A stretch of 35,308 nucleotides of DNA from a virus (IMGVR_UViG_3300048110_000200:1-35308), one strand, 5' to 3'. Positions 17,244 through 25,526 are shown, counted from the first letter of the stretch. Made by a program: numbers and translations. The notes: a model not told the origin generated them from the letters alone.

Positions 17244-17880
17244 TAAATTTCTTTTTGATGAGTATTTGTTGTTTTGTTAACCATTCTTTTTTGTATTCTG
17301 TATTCTCAAATAGCTTAGAAAAGCCTGTAATATGCTTTAGCCTTAACAGCTCCTCTGGTTCCATTCCTAGATGATTGCATATATCAGCGTCTTTCCATCC
17401 CTGTTCAAGCATAGAAAACACCATAGAGGCCATACCATCGACACTATGAGAACCTCTAGCCCTGTTATGCCTTACTGTAGCCGCCATTCTTTCATTAATA
17501 TCTTTTTCTATTACAACAATTGGTAATCTGCCATGATTTCTGTCTGATATATCTTTATTGCTTTTGCAGGTAAAATATCTATGAAACCCATCAACTATAA
17601 TATATTTATCAAGTTCTTCATCATATATTGTAACTACTGGCTGTGTATATCCATCATGTTTGATTGATGTATAGAGAAGCTTCATTTCAGCACCAGCAAC
17701 ACTATTAGGATTATAATCGTTTGCTTGCACCTTTTCTATATCTACCCACATAACCCTATCAACTGGCTGTTGAATTGGAGACATACTATGCAAATCGTCT
17801 TTGAGTGCCTCAATATACTCAATCTTTTCTTGAGTTGATAAAGCATCTAAGTGGTCACGTATTGCATCATTAACTAACAT
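17224..17880 (-). CDS. ParB/Srx-fold protein, IbrB/YbdM-like
   Basis: ANDYNPN-x-VA-x-x-EM-x-LL-x-x-SI-x-x-DGYTQP, IVDGFHR, RMAATVRHNRARG-x-H, LGM-x-x-EE-x-LRLK. Confidence 0.92.
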   Translation of the reverse strand: MLVNDAIRDHLDALSTQEKIEYIEALKDDLHSMSPIQQPVDRVMWVDIEKVQANDYNPNSVAGAEMKLLYTSIKHDGYTQPVVTIYDEELDKYIIVDGFHRYFTCKSNKDISDRNHGRLPIVVIEKDINERMAATVRHNRARGSHSVDGMASMVFSMLEQGWKDADICNHLGMEPEELLRLKHITGFSKLFENTEYKKEWLTKQQILIKKKFNDEEKV

Positions 17881-19036
17881 TTACTGGTATCCAATCTTTA
17901 TGTTCTGATTTGTTTACAAAATCCATGTCGCCGCGCTTCCATCTTCTATATGTAATAGCAAATGGGTTTTGTTCAAAATTACTTACCTTAGTAAAATCTA
18001 TATCTTGAGCGAGAATAGTAGTAACATGAACCTTATGGAGCTTACTCATATCCTTTAACATAGAATATTTATCATCCATCTGTGCAAATTTTTTACGCAT
18101 TGCCTCTTGATAAGCTGGGTCAGTAACTAGATTTACAAGTAAATGATCTCTATATTCGCGCCAATCTTTAAACATATACGGCAAACTCTTAGCTTGGAAC
18201 ATATCAGCCTTAGTCATATGTCTTGCTTGGTTTACTCCATCTAAACGCTTAACAAGTTTATTCCATGTGTCACGCTCAATCTCTTGAAGATAAAACAACT
18301 GATGGACTGCTGTCTCATGGTGAAGGTTAGAAACGCGCATCTTTGTCGGGCTTACTCCATATTGATAAAAATAATCATATGCCTTTGCATATTGCCAGTT
18401 ATGATCAAATATACTTTTCCATATATCAGTATATGACCAATCATAGAGGGGGTAAAAATTATAATGATTTTCTTTTTTATTAACTTTTTTGCCCCATGTA
18501 ATCCATTTATATGTAGCCGCTGTAGTTAAGCCAGCTAGTCGGGCTGGGCTTTCTTCTGCCCTTACTCCAGCTAAAACAGCCATTGGGGTATCAGGCCAAT
18601 GATGTTTCATTATTGCTGGGAACATCTCATAAAATCTGTCTTTACCGTATATATTTTCTGTGATTGCAAAATCTTCTTTAGGTCGCATCCAGTTTTTATC
18701 ATCGCCTTCTGTCCAGCAATGCAAATAATGCTGTTCATTTGATGTTGAGTTTGTCATTTTTATTGGAATTTGAAACCACCAAGGCTCAACCCTTGGGTCA
18801 AGCATAACTTTTCTTACATAATCAACTACGTTTTGCCACTCCGCTTCTTGGTCTAAAAACATAACCTTTAGGGGTAAACGTCCTTTTTCTTCTGCAATTT
18901 TTAATGCAAGATTTAGCGTTACTGTGCTATCCTTTCCACCAGAGAAAGAAACAACTACTTCATCAAATTCGTCAAAAATAAATCTTATACGATCTAAAGC
19001 CGCATCAAAAACATTATTGTTAGTGTGTATTTTCAT
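17870..19036 (-). CDS. PAPS-reductase-fold (PP-loop) protein, IbrA/YbdN-like
   Basis: VSFSGGKDS, DQEAE, GVRAEES-x-x-R, YPLYDW-x-x-x-DIW, MRVS. Confidence 0.92.
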   Translation of the reverse strand: MKIHTNNNVFDAALDRIRFIFDEFDEVVVSFSGGKDSTVTLNLALKIAEEKGRLPLKVMFLDQEAEWQNVVDYVRKVMLDPRVEPWWFQIPIKMTNSTSNEQHYLHCWTEGDDKNWMRPKEDFAITENIYGKDRFYEMFPAIMKHHWPDTPMAVLAGVRAEESPARLAGLTTAATYKWITWGKKVNKKENHYNFYPLYDWSYTDIWKSIFDHNWQYAKAYDYFYQYGVSPTKMRVSNLHHETAVHQLFYLQEIERDTWNKLVKRLDGVNQARHMTKADMFQAKSLPYMFKDWREYRDHLLVNLVTDPAYQEAMRKKFAQMDDKYSMLKDMSKLHKVHVTTILAQDIDFTKVSNFEQNPFAITYRRWKRGDMDFVNKSEHKDWIPVNVS

Positions 19037-19566
19037 TCTGTATTGCCAGTAATAAAATCAGCTTTCATTCCCCATTCAATACAAGTGCTTATTGCTTTAT
19101 GTGCATCCCACATTTCCCAACTATCAATTGAAATAGATACATTCCATGCATCATGTTTATGCTTTTGAAAAACTTGATGTGGCGAATGAGTGTCTAAAAT
19201 ATAAAAAAGACCTCGTTCAAGCATTAATTCTTCTTTATCTACACCCCTGACGAAAATTCCATGATCTACTCTAATTTTTAATTGGTGTGAATATCTTGGA
19301 TATTTAGGGTCTATATGTAGAGGTGTTCCATTTCTAACTGCAATCCAATGTGGGTCGTCAATTAATATTGTTTTTCCATTTTCATCAACAGAGCGACCCC
19401 ATGTCTTTAATCTTTTTGCTTTTGTAAATTCAGTAACTCCAAAAGCTTTTCTAAGTTGCATTTCATTAGGACTTGCAATCTGTCTCGGTAAGTCAACCAT
19501 TGTGTGATAAACTGCTGGATTAGTTCTTTGGTCATTTTTTAGTTCAATATCCCATTTTACATCCAT
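19033..19566 (-). CDS. Putative cupin / Fe(II) oxygenase-like protein
   Basis: PLHID (HxD) and distal LDTHSPHQV His in a beta-rich context; fold assignment is inference. Confidence 0.5.
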   Translation of the reverse strand: MDVKWDIELKNDQRTNPAVYHTMVDLPRQIASPNEMQLRKAFGVTEFTKAKRLKTWGRSVDENGKTILIDDPHWIAVRNGTPLHIDPKYPRYSHQLKIRVDHGIFVRGVDKEELMLERGLFYILDTHSPHQVFQKHKHDAWNVSISIDSWEMWDAHKAISTCIEWGMKADFITGNTE

Positions 19567-20120
19567 TATTCTACTCCATCTTGAAATGTTAAAGATTGTC
19601 TTTTTGATGATCTTCTAGGGTCAATCATGCTTTTTGCTACCCTATGGTCAACCAATGAAGGCACACTAATCCAATACTTTTCTTTACGTTCTTTTAAAAA
19701 CTCCTGCATCATAAGGTCATAACCCATTGGGTCGTCAATTTTTTTATCCCATCTTTCCCAATAATCTGCGATCAAATTAGAATAATATGGTGGATTATAA
19801 TGGCACTGGTTCATCATAAACTTTCCGTCCCATCTACTACCAATTCTTATATCGTCTTTTCTCATTGAAAAAAATTGTATTAAACTAAACGGCTTTTGAG
19901 TGATAACTTTGTTTGCTTTTTTTACAAAATCTCTTGTTAAAATTATGTCTTCTTCCATATGAATACATGGTTCATCACCAGCCATTCTCATACCTTTAAT
20001 AAAAGTATGCATAGCATCTTGCTTTTCATCAAAACACCATTCAGCTTGCGGTAAGTGTTTTTTTAAATAATCAATAAATTCGCCACGCTCTTTAACAGCT
20101 CGTATTAATATTTTGACCAT
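19566..20120 (-). CDS. Putative GT-A fold glycosyltransferase-like protein
   Basis: IHMEEDIIL (LEDD-like metal site) and PSLVDH, as in GT25-like phage proteins. Confidence 0.6.
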   Translation of the reverse strand: MVKILIRAVKERGEFIDYLKKHLPQAEWCFDEKQDAMHTFIKGMRMAGDEPCIHMEEDIILTRDFVKKANKVITQKPFSLIQFFSMRKDDIRIGSRWDGKFMMNQCHYNPPYYSNLIADYWERWDKKIDDPMGYDLMMQEFLKERKEKYWISVPSLVDHRVAKSMIDPRRSSKRQSLTFQDGVE

Positions 20121-20416
20121 ATTGGCACTCTTATTCTTTCGCGTTCTCTGTTGATAATAGCCGCGTCTTCTGGCTTCTTATCCATTATCCAGTATCGCCA
20201 GCCCTGATAGTAATAATAATTTCTTGGCTCTGTTTGATTTTTAAAAAATATTTGCGGCAAACCATGTTCAAATATATAAGTAGCAGTCCAAATAAATTCG
20301 TCGTGATCGTCCCATTTTTTTCCTACAGTGTAATAATGTGGTATATGTGGCATAGTTTTTGCATAAACGAATTTAGCTTTTCTTAAGTTGCTACAAGCCC
20401 TTAATACATCACCCAT
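20105..20416 (-). CDS. Hypothetical protein
   Basis: Start MGDVLRAC right after the upstream stop, with AGGA RBS; FVYAKTMPHIPHYY and GWRYWIM...INR motifs. Confidence 0.7.
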   Translation of the reverse strand: MGDVLRACSNLRKAKFVYAKTMPHIPHYYTVGKKWDDHDEFIWTATYIFEHGLPQIFFKNQTEPRNYYYYQGWRYWIMDKKPEDAAIINRERERIRVPIWSKY

Positions 20417-20417
20417 C

Positions 20418-20993
20418 TTAATTTCCTGTAAATACAAATGTTTCAGCGCAATGGGGGCATATAACCTCTGTTCCTTCTTTTCCCTGTATTCTATCATTCA
20501 TATCTTTGTCCATTTTTTCACCAGCTTTGATCATATTATCTTCGTTGATTTCAGATGCATCAAATTTTGGCTCTAATACTGGGTTATAATTAAAAGCTGA
20601 TAAATCTATATCTACCCCCATAAGCCCTAGATCAAAACCTTCATTACTCATTTCTTTAAGTTGACTAAAATACAATCCTGTGTCCCATTCGCCATTTTCA
20701 GCAAGTTTATTATCAGCAATTACATATGCTTTTTTCTGTTGTTCAGTCCATCCTGTAGCTGTCATGCAGGGAACTTCCTCAAGATTTAACTCTTTAGCGG
20801 CAAATAATCGACCATGACCTGCAAGAACCTGGTCATTCTCGTCAATGAGAATAGGCATAGTCCAACCCCATTCCCTAATACTATCGGAGAGTTGTTTTAT
20901 TTGGCTGTCTGGATGAATTTTTGGATTTCTGTCGTAAGGAATAAGCTCACTTACAAGTCTTTTATTTACATTATCAGCCGCCCAATTAGACAT
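20418..20993 (-). CDS. ParB/Srx N-terminal domain protein with C-terminal CPxC
   Basis: LIPY-x-RNP-x-x-H, SIREWGWT-x-PILID, AGHGR, IADNKLAE, terminal CPHC; GGGAG RBS. Confidence 0.9.
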   Translation of the reverse strand: MSNWAADNVNKRLVSELIPYDRNPKIHPDSQIKQLSDSIREWGWTMPILIDENDQVLAGHGRLFAAKELNLEEVPCMTATGWTEQQKKAYVIADNKLAENGEWDTGLYFSQLKEMSNEGFDLGLMGVDIDLSAFNYNPVLEPKFDASEINEDNMIKAGEKMDKDMNDRIQGKEGTEVICPHCAETFVFTGN

Positions 20994-21073
20994 TTATAAC
21001 TCCCATATTTTAACACATTGTTTATTATTTTATAAATTATGTTACAAAGATAAGCAATAAAGATATTGTTTTT

Positions 21074-21124
21074 AAACCCCCCTCATGGATAAGGGAATGA
21101 AGGGGGGAACATGGGAGGATGTTC
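21074..21124 (-). terminator. Double hairpin after replication operon
   Basis: Minus strand GAACAT-CCTCCC-ATGTTC, then CCCCCTTCAT-TCCCTTATCC-ATGAGGGGGG-TTT. Confidence 0.55.
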
Positions 21125-21149
21125 TAAGGTTTATAAGCCCTAGTGAATA

Positions 21150-21551
21150 CTACCATATTTTTCTAAATTTTGACATTATTTCTTCTGCTGTTTTTTTTCT
21201 CTGTTCAGCATCAGGATTTTTTCTACTTTTGGACTCTATCTGCCTCTTAGGTGTTGTAAGCAATTTGTGCTTTCTGTTAGCTAAAATAATTTTTAGAATA
21301 AGACCTTCATGTGGTCTTCTGTTTGGATAATCAATAAGATATTGCATACAAGCTTTTGTAATTTCTTCTTGCGTATAATCTTGCAACATATCCATCCAAC
21401 CCATTAGAATATCTCGTTTGACATATTCATCTTGTGGAACTTCATAATATCTACTCATAAGTCCCTGTGCCTTGATTGCTATGCAAGCCCTGTGCTTACT
21501 AAGCTGATCATTGTCCAATATCTTTGATTGCATTGCTGGTAATTTATTCAT
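21150..21551 (-). CDS. Putative helicase loader/inhibitor-like replication protein
   Basis: W-x-x-x-L-x-DY-x-x-EEI-x-x-AC-x-x-Y...P pattern; follows the initiator as lambda P / G39P-like genes do. Confidence 0.55.
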   Translation of the reverse strand: MNKLPAMQSKILDNDQLSKHRACIAIKAQGLMSRYYEVPQDEYVKRDILMGWMDMLQDYTQEEITKACMQYLIDYPNRRPHEGLILKIILANRKHKLLTTPKRQIESKSRKNPDAEQRKKTAEEIMSKFRKIW

Positions 21552-22227
21552 CTGATGTAATCCTAACTCTTGCTAGATCATTGACCATATCCCTAAAGAG
21601 GTGATCTATTCCATGCTCTTGTTTTTCTAATTCATCGTCCCATCTTCCCTGATTAAGCCAAGTTGCAGGGTGTGGTATGAATTTTTTCTCCTTATGAGAT
21701 ACACTATCAGCATATGGTTTTACCGCATCAAGTATTCTATCTACACCAATAGCGTGTGATGCTTTTGCAAAAGCTTTTTCAGCATTAGCCCTACCAACCT
21801 TTCTGGGATAGATTGACCAGAAATTATCAAAGCCAATAGAATTTGATCTTAATATAGGTTTATTTACATGATTATTGATTACATGGTTATTGGTGTCTAA
21901 ATTCTGGATGGGGGCTAGTCCAGATTTTGCACCCCCTGCATCTATATTCTGTACCCCATTATCAATATTGAGGTAATATTCATTAGATGTTTGCTGTCCA
22001 TCTTCTCTGCATCTGCCCTTGCGTTCTATCAATCCCTTTTTTTCTAAGACAGTAAGGTGTGCAAATATTGAGCTTCTCGACATATTGCAATCTTTAGACA
22101 TTCTCTTAATGCTGGGGAAACATCCCAAGTCTGGATTATGTCTATCGGATAGCATCAATAATACAATTTTTTGTGATGGTGTTAAATCGGGCTGATGCAA
22201 TGCCCATACAACCGCTTTCATGCTCAT
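21544..22227 (-). CDS. Replication initiator (N-terminal HTH, lambda O-like layout)
   Basis: KIVLLML, CFPSI, L-x-x-KGLI, SNEY, then FDNFW-x-x-YPRK and PATWLNQ-x-RWDDE. Confidence 0.88.
   Translation of the reverse strand: MSMKAVVWALHQPDLTPSQKIVLLMLSDRHNPDLGCFPSIKRMSKDCNMSRSSIFAHLTVLEKKGLIERKGRCREDGQQTSNEYYLNIDNGVQNIDAGGAKSGLAPIQNLDTNNHVINNHVNKPILRSNSIGFDNFWSIYPRKVGRANAEKAFAKASHAIGVDRILDAVKPYADSVSHKEKKFIPHPATWLNQGRWDDELEKQEHGIDHLFRDMVNDLARVRITSDE
21864..21957. repeat. Iteron-like repeats within the initiator gene (candidate origin)
   Basis: TTACATGATTATTG (21864) / TTACATGGTTATTG (21879); TCTAAATTCTG (21896), TCCAGATTTTG (21919), TCTATATTCTG (21941) at 22-23 bp spacing. Confidence 0.55.
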
Positions 22228-22295
22228 AGTTTAGGTGTCCTTTCTCTTGTCCTATAATCTATTTATAGAATTTTATACAAATATCAACTTTTTTC

Positions 22296-22323
22296 TTGTC
22301 AATTGAAAATCATCGTGTATAAC
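22296..22323 (+). promoter_or_regulatory. Sigma70-like promoter with no downstream plus-strand ORF
   Basis: TTGTCA (22296-22301), 16 nt, TATAAC (22318-22323). Confidence 0.6.
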
Positions 22324-22329
22324 TAAATG

Positions 22330-22410
22330 CAATTGGGGTTTACTGCTCGTACACACCAAACTTAAACCCCGCACTGAGTCTCTTGTCCTTTCGCAGTGTG
22401 GGGTTTTATT
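22330..22410 (+). ncRNA. Candidate trans-acting antisense small RNA
   Basis: Promoter upstream; 5' hairpin 22333-22359; 13-bp stem 22364-22376/22394-22406 with a G:U pair valid only on the plus strand; 17-nt loop AGUCUCUUGUCCUUUCG; U-rich tail. Confidence 0.65.
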
Positions 22411-22588
22411 TATTTTCATCAAAATATTCAGATAATTTTTCTAATGTAGATAGTGAAGGCTTTCCGTCATTTTTTCTTATTCTGGATAAAGACATATAAG
22501 TTAATCCGCATTTATCTGCAACATATGCTAATCTTCTATCAATTAGCTTGTCTCTGACTTCTTCACTTGTAAGTAATTTGGCTTTCAT
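22406..22588 (-). CDS. Cro/CI-like HTH regulator
   Basis: Start MKAKLLT after GGAG; VADKCGLTYMSLSRI...PSLSTLEKLSEYF. Confidence 0.85.
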   Translation of the reverse strand: MKAKLLTSEEVRDKLIDRRLAYVADKCGLTYMSLSRIRKNDGKPSLSTLEKLSEYFDENK

Positions 22589-22684
22589 TTTTCTCTCCAA
22601 TGTTAAATAATTTATTTTATTCTTTACATTAATTAAACTAATCATTAATAATTGTAAACATATAATATGGACAGGAGCTAAAAT

Positions 22685-22903
22685 ATGAAAAAGAACCCAC
22701 CTATCAGATTTGTAAAATCTCAAATACTTAATGGGATAGTAAATCATAATACAGACTTATTAGAACTAGAGATGTCTGGTAAAATTAGTCATTCGGAATT
22801 TCTTGCACAAAGTTTTCCAGCTAGCGCAATGCAAACAATAGATAGTGCAATTGCAACTGCTATTGATCTATTTAACACAAAGGAACTCGCAAATGAGAAT
22901 TGA
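22685..22903 (+). CDS. Hypothetical protein
   Basis: 72 aa, AGGAG RBS, first gene of the recombination operon. Confidence 0.75.
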   Translation: MKKNPPIRFVKSQILNGIVNHNTDLLELEMSGKISHSEFLAQSFPASAMQTIDSAIATAIDLFNTKELANEN

Positions 22904-23375
22904 CTCTGCAATGATTACCGCGATTGCCGAAGAACTTGAGCCATATCGTGACGACCAAGATGCTTTCTGGACAACTCTGGACGGTGAAACAGATGTTCTT
23001 GATCTAGTAACATCTATATTATTAAAAATTTCAGAGGCAGAAGCATGGTCAAATTCATGTGCGGATGTTTCTAAAAGATATGCAGAACGCAAATCAGGTC
23101 ATGATGCAAGAAAGCAAAAGCTTACAAAAATGCTTAAGACCATTATGCTTTGTGCAAATCAAACTAAAATCCCACACGCTCTAGCAACCATATCTTTGAG
23201 GAAAGGTACTGAAAGCGTAAACATCATTAATCCTAATGAAATACCAACACAATTAACCAAGGTGTCTATCACACCAGATAAAACAGAAATCAAAAAACAA
23301 CTCAAAGCGGGTATCAAAATTGATGGGGCTGAATTAGTCACTGGTGCTCAAACTATATCTATAAGGACTAAATAA
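22893..23375 (+). CDS. Siphovirus Gp157-like protein
   Basis: TLDGETD, coiled coil, ATISLRKG, PDK-x-x-IK-x-x-LKAG-x-x-I-x-GAEL; start MRIDS. Confidence 0.85.
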   Translation: MRIDSAMITAIAEELEPYRDDQDAFWTTLDGETDVLDLVTSILLKISEAEAWSNSCADVSKRYAERKSGHDARKQKLTKMLKTIMLCANQTKIPHALATISLRKGTESVNIINPNEIPTQLTKVSITPDKTEIKKQLKAGIKIDGAELVTGAQTISIRTK

Positions 23376-23376
23376 T

Positions 23377-24039
23377 ATGACAAATGAAATTACAGAATAC
23401 ATAAAGGACAATGATACAGCATATCGAGATGCCCTTGTTGCATTCGCAAAAGCACAAGCTGAAATGGGTGCGGCTTTTAAAAATTCTAAAAATCCATTCT
23501 TAAAAAATAAATATGCTGACTTAACAGCAATACAAAATGCTGTTTATCCACCATTTCATGCTAATGGTTTTATTATACAGCAATGCCCAGACAGAGATGA
23601 ACTGGGTACTTATGTTGAAACAATACTTAGGCATACATCGGGTGGGTCATTTGCTTGCAAAGTTTATTTGGAATATAAAGCAAACGATATGCAATCAATG
23701 GGGGGTGCTATCACATATGCGCGCAGATATGGATTATCTGCCCTTACAGGCGTACCTATTGAAGATGATGATGGGAACATGGCAAATGGTAGAACAGCCC
23801 CTGTAGCGCAGAAATCATTACACCGTATCGATACGCCTCAAAAACACCGCAACGAAACACCAGAACAGCGTGGCATAAAGCTTATGAAGTTTATAGAAAC
23901 TGCTACAGTTGATACTTTTGATGCTATGTTTGACAAAGCATTTAACTTAATAAAAGAAATTGCAGAAACAGATAAAGAATTTTCTAATAAAATATCTACT
24001 GCATGGGAAAACAAATCAATTGAACTAGGAATGAACTAA
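23377..24039 (+). CDS. erf: ERF-family single-strand annealing protein
   Basis: KNPF-x-x-x-KYADL, H-x-SG, Q-x-x-GGAITYARRY-x-L, EDDDGN. Confidence 0.93.
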   Translation: MTNEITEYIKDNDTAYRDALVAFAKAQAEMGAAFKNSKNPFLKNKYADLTAIQNAVYPPFHANGFIIQQCPDRDELGTYVETILRHTSGGSFACKVYLEYKANDMQSMGGAITYARRYGLSALTGVPIEDDDGNMANGRTAPVAQKSLHRIDTPQKHRNETPEQRGIKLMKFIETATVDTFDAMFDKAFNLIKEIAETDKEFSNKISTAWENKSIELGMN

Positions 24040-24422
24040 TGAAAAATATTACTATATATGGAAACTGTGCAAAAGATGCTGTTGTAAGAACAACACAAGG
24101 TGGCATGGATGTTTGCGGCTTTGACATAGCTGTCAATGATAGGAGAACAAAAGAAACATATTGGTTTAGTGTTTCTTATTGGGGGAAAGCTGGAAAAGCG
24201 GTTTCTCCATATCTTAGAAAAGGACAGCCTGTCGTAGTTAATGGTGAATTTTCTTGGCGCGAATACAATGATAAAAAATATTTAGAGGTAAATGCAAATA
24301 GCGTTTCACTAGCTGGGAAAGCAACAGGCAATCCACATCCGACTGCTGAAACTGCTGGTGATTTAAAGCCAACATATCTTGGCACTGAAGATGACGCTTT
24401 TGATGATACAATACCGTTTTGA
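24039..24422 (+). CDS. ssb: Single-stranded DNA-binding protein
   Basis: OB-fold signature (GN-x-x-KD, F-x-IAVN, WG, YLRKG-x-x-V-x-V-x-G) and acidic DDTIPF tail. Confidence 0.95.
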   Translation: MKNITIYGNCAKDAVVRTTQGGMDVCGFDIAVNDRRTKETYWFSVSYWGKAGKAVSPYLRKGQPVVVNGEFSWREYNDKKYLEVNANSVSLAGKATGNPHPTAETAGDLKPTYLGTEDDAFDDTIPF

Positions 24423-24823
24423 GCAATAAACCAAGAATATCGGTTAAGCTACAAGATGGACAGTTACTACCCTGTTCCGCATATGATGCGGAGCAGTTAG
24501 CATTAGCAACGTATAACGCTGAATTTGATCTGGTATTAAGATCAAAAAGATCAGAACAACATCATAAGCTATATTGGTCAATTCTTGGCAAAGCCTGTAA
24601 AGCGACAGGAAAATGGCCTAACTCTGATAATTTGCACAGAGAACTTAAAATGGCCTGTGGTTTTTTTCAAACAGTCGTTAGCGAGTTTGGCGGTATTTAT
24701 TATTTTCCAGACACAATCGCTATGAATAAAATGAACCAAAAAGAATTTAATGAGTTTTTTGAGTTAGCAATGGAAAAACTTGCTGATGCAATAGGGACAG
24801 ACCCATTGGAGTTATTGAAATGA
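24419..24823 (+). CDS. NinB/DUF1367-like recombination-associated protein
   Basis: RS-x-x-HH-x-LYW, LK-x-x-CG, M-x-Q-x-EF-x-x-FF motifs; follows ssb. Confidence 0.65.
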   Translation: MSNKPRISVKLQDGQLLPCSAYDAEQLALATYNAEFDLVLRSKRSEQHHKLYWSILGKACKATGKWPNSDNLHRELKMACGFFQTVVSEFGGIYYFPDTIAMNKMNQKEFNEFFELAMEKLADAIGTDPLELLK

Positions 24824-24996
24824 AAAAGGAATATACCGAAGAAAAAATAATGATAAGAGCTATGCCATGTCCAAAATGTGGCGCAAAGCCAAGAGAACAT
24901 TGCAAAAGGCCACCAAGAGAAGATGGTCTAATAAGAAACCATAATGATCGTATGCTTTTATGGCATAAGTTTATTAAAGTTACAGAAGAAAAATGA
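24820..24996 (+). CDS. Small zinc-finger protein
   Basis: Manual translation (58 aa) MKKEYTEEKIMIRAMPCPKCGAKPREHCKRPPREDGLIRNHNDR...; CPxC...C...H-x-x-R. Not in the ORF track. Confidence 0.7.
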   Translation: MKKEYTEEKIMIRAMPCPKCGAKPREHCKRPPREDGLIRNHNDRMLLWHKFIKVTEEK

Positions 24997-25008
24997 GGTA
25001 AATCTAAA

Positions 25009-25230
25009 ATGACTTTTTATACATTTCTTGTAATAACATATGTAGTCGCTGGCGTAGAAATAGAAAAGAAAACTTTATATAAAAACGCATATGAATGTGG
25101 CAATGCACTGCCATCCGCATACAAACCATATGAAGATATGGACAGCATGGCGCAATGTATAGAAACAGATAAAATATCTGAAATTAAAACAAAGCCAAAA
25201 TTAAGACCAAAAAATTTAGGGGTTAAATAA
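25009..25230 (+). CDS. Hypothetical protein
   Basis: 73 aa, GAGG RBS, hydrophobic N-terminus, Cys pair, P-x-LRP tail. Confidence 0.7.
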   Translation: MTFYTFLVITYVVAGVEIEKKTLYKNAYECGNALPSAYKPYEDMDSMAQCIETDKISEIKTKPKLRPKNLGVK

Positions 25231-25232
25231 TT

Positions 25233-25526
25233 ATGTGGTCAAACCTCAAACAGCAAAAGCCAATTAGAAATGAAAAGTTTTTAAATGAAATTAGGCAAAG
25301 GAAATGTGTAATCTGTCAAAAATTTGGAGAAGTCCAAACAACTATGACTACAGCACATCATGTTATACACGATAGAAATAGCGGTGGCAAAACCTGTGAT
25401 ATGCGCGCAATACCTTTATGTGATGGACACCATCAAGGAATGTGGGACACGAAAAAGGTAGCAATACACAAAGAAAAACAGAAATGGCGCGAATTATATG
25501 GTGCTGATTGGTCATATTCTGATTAA
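25233..25526 (+). CDS. HNH-like Zn-binding protein (DUF968/Ref-like)
   Basis: CVIC, AHH, D-x-x-AIPLC-x-x-HH, IH, W-x-x-x-YG. Confidence 0.75.
   Translation: MWSNLKQQKPIRNEKFLNEIRQRKCVICQKFGEVQTTMTTAHHVIHDRNSGGKTCDMRAIPLCDGHHQGMWDTKKVAIHKEKQKWRELYGADWSYSD

Noticed and set aside
17870-19036. cysH sulfur-assimilation auxiliary metabolic gene
   Set aside because: Length, motifs and the adjacent IbrB-like ParB gene point to the IbrA/YbdN group, not a true PAPS reductase.
17224-20993. Plasmid-prophage partition system
   Set aside because: Both ParB-fold genes lack a ParA partner and sit among modification and packaging genes.
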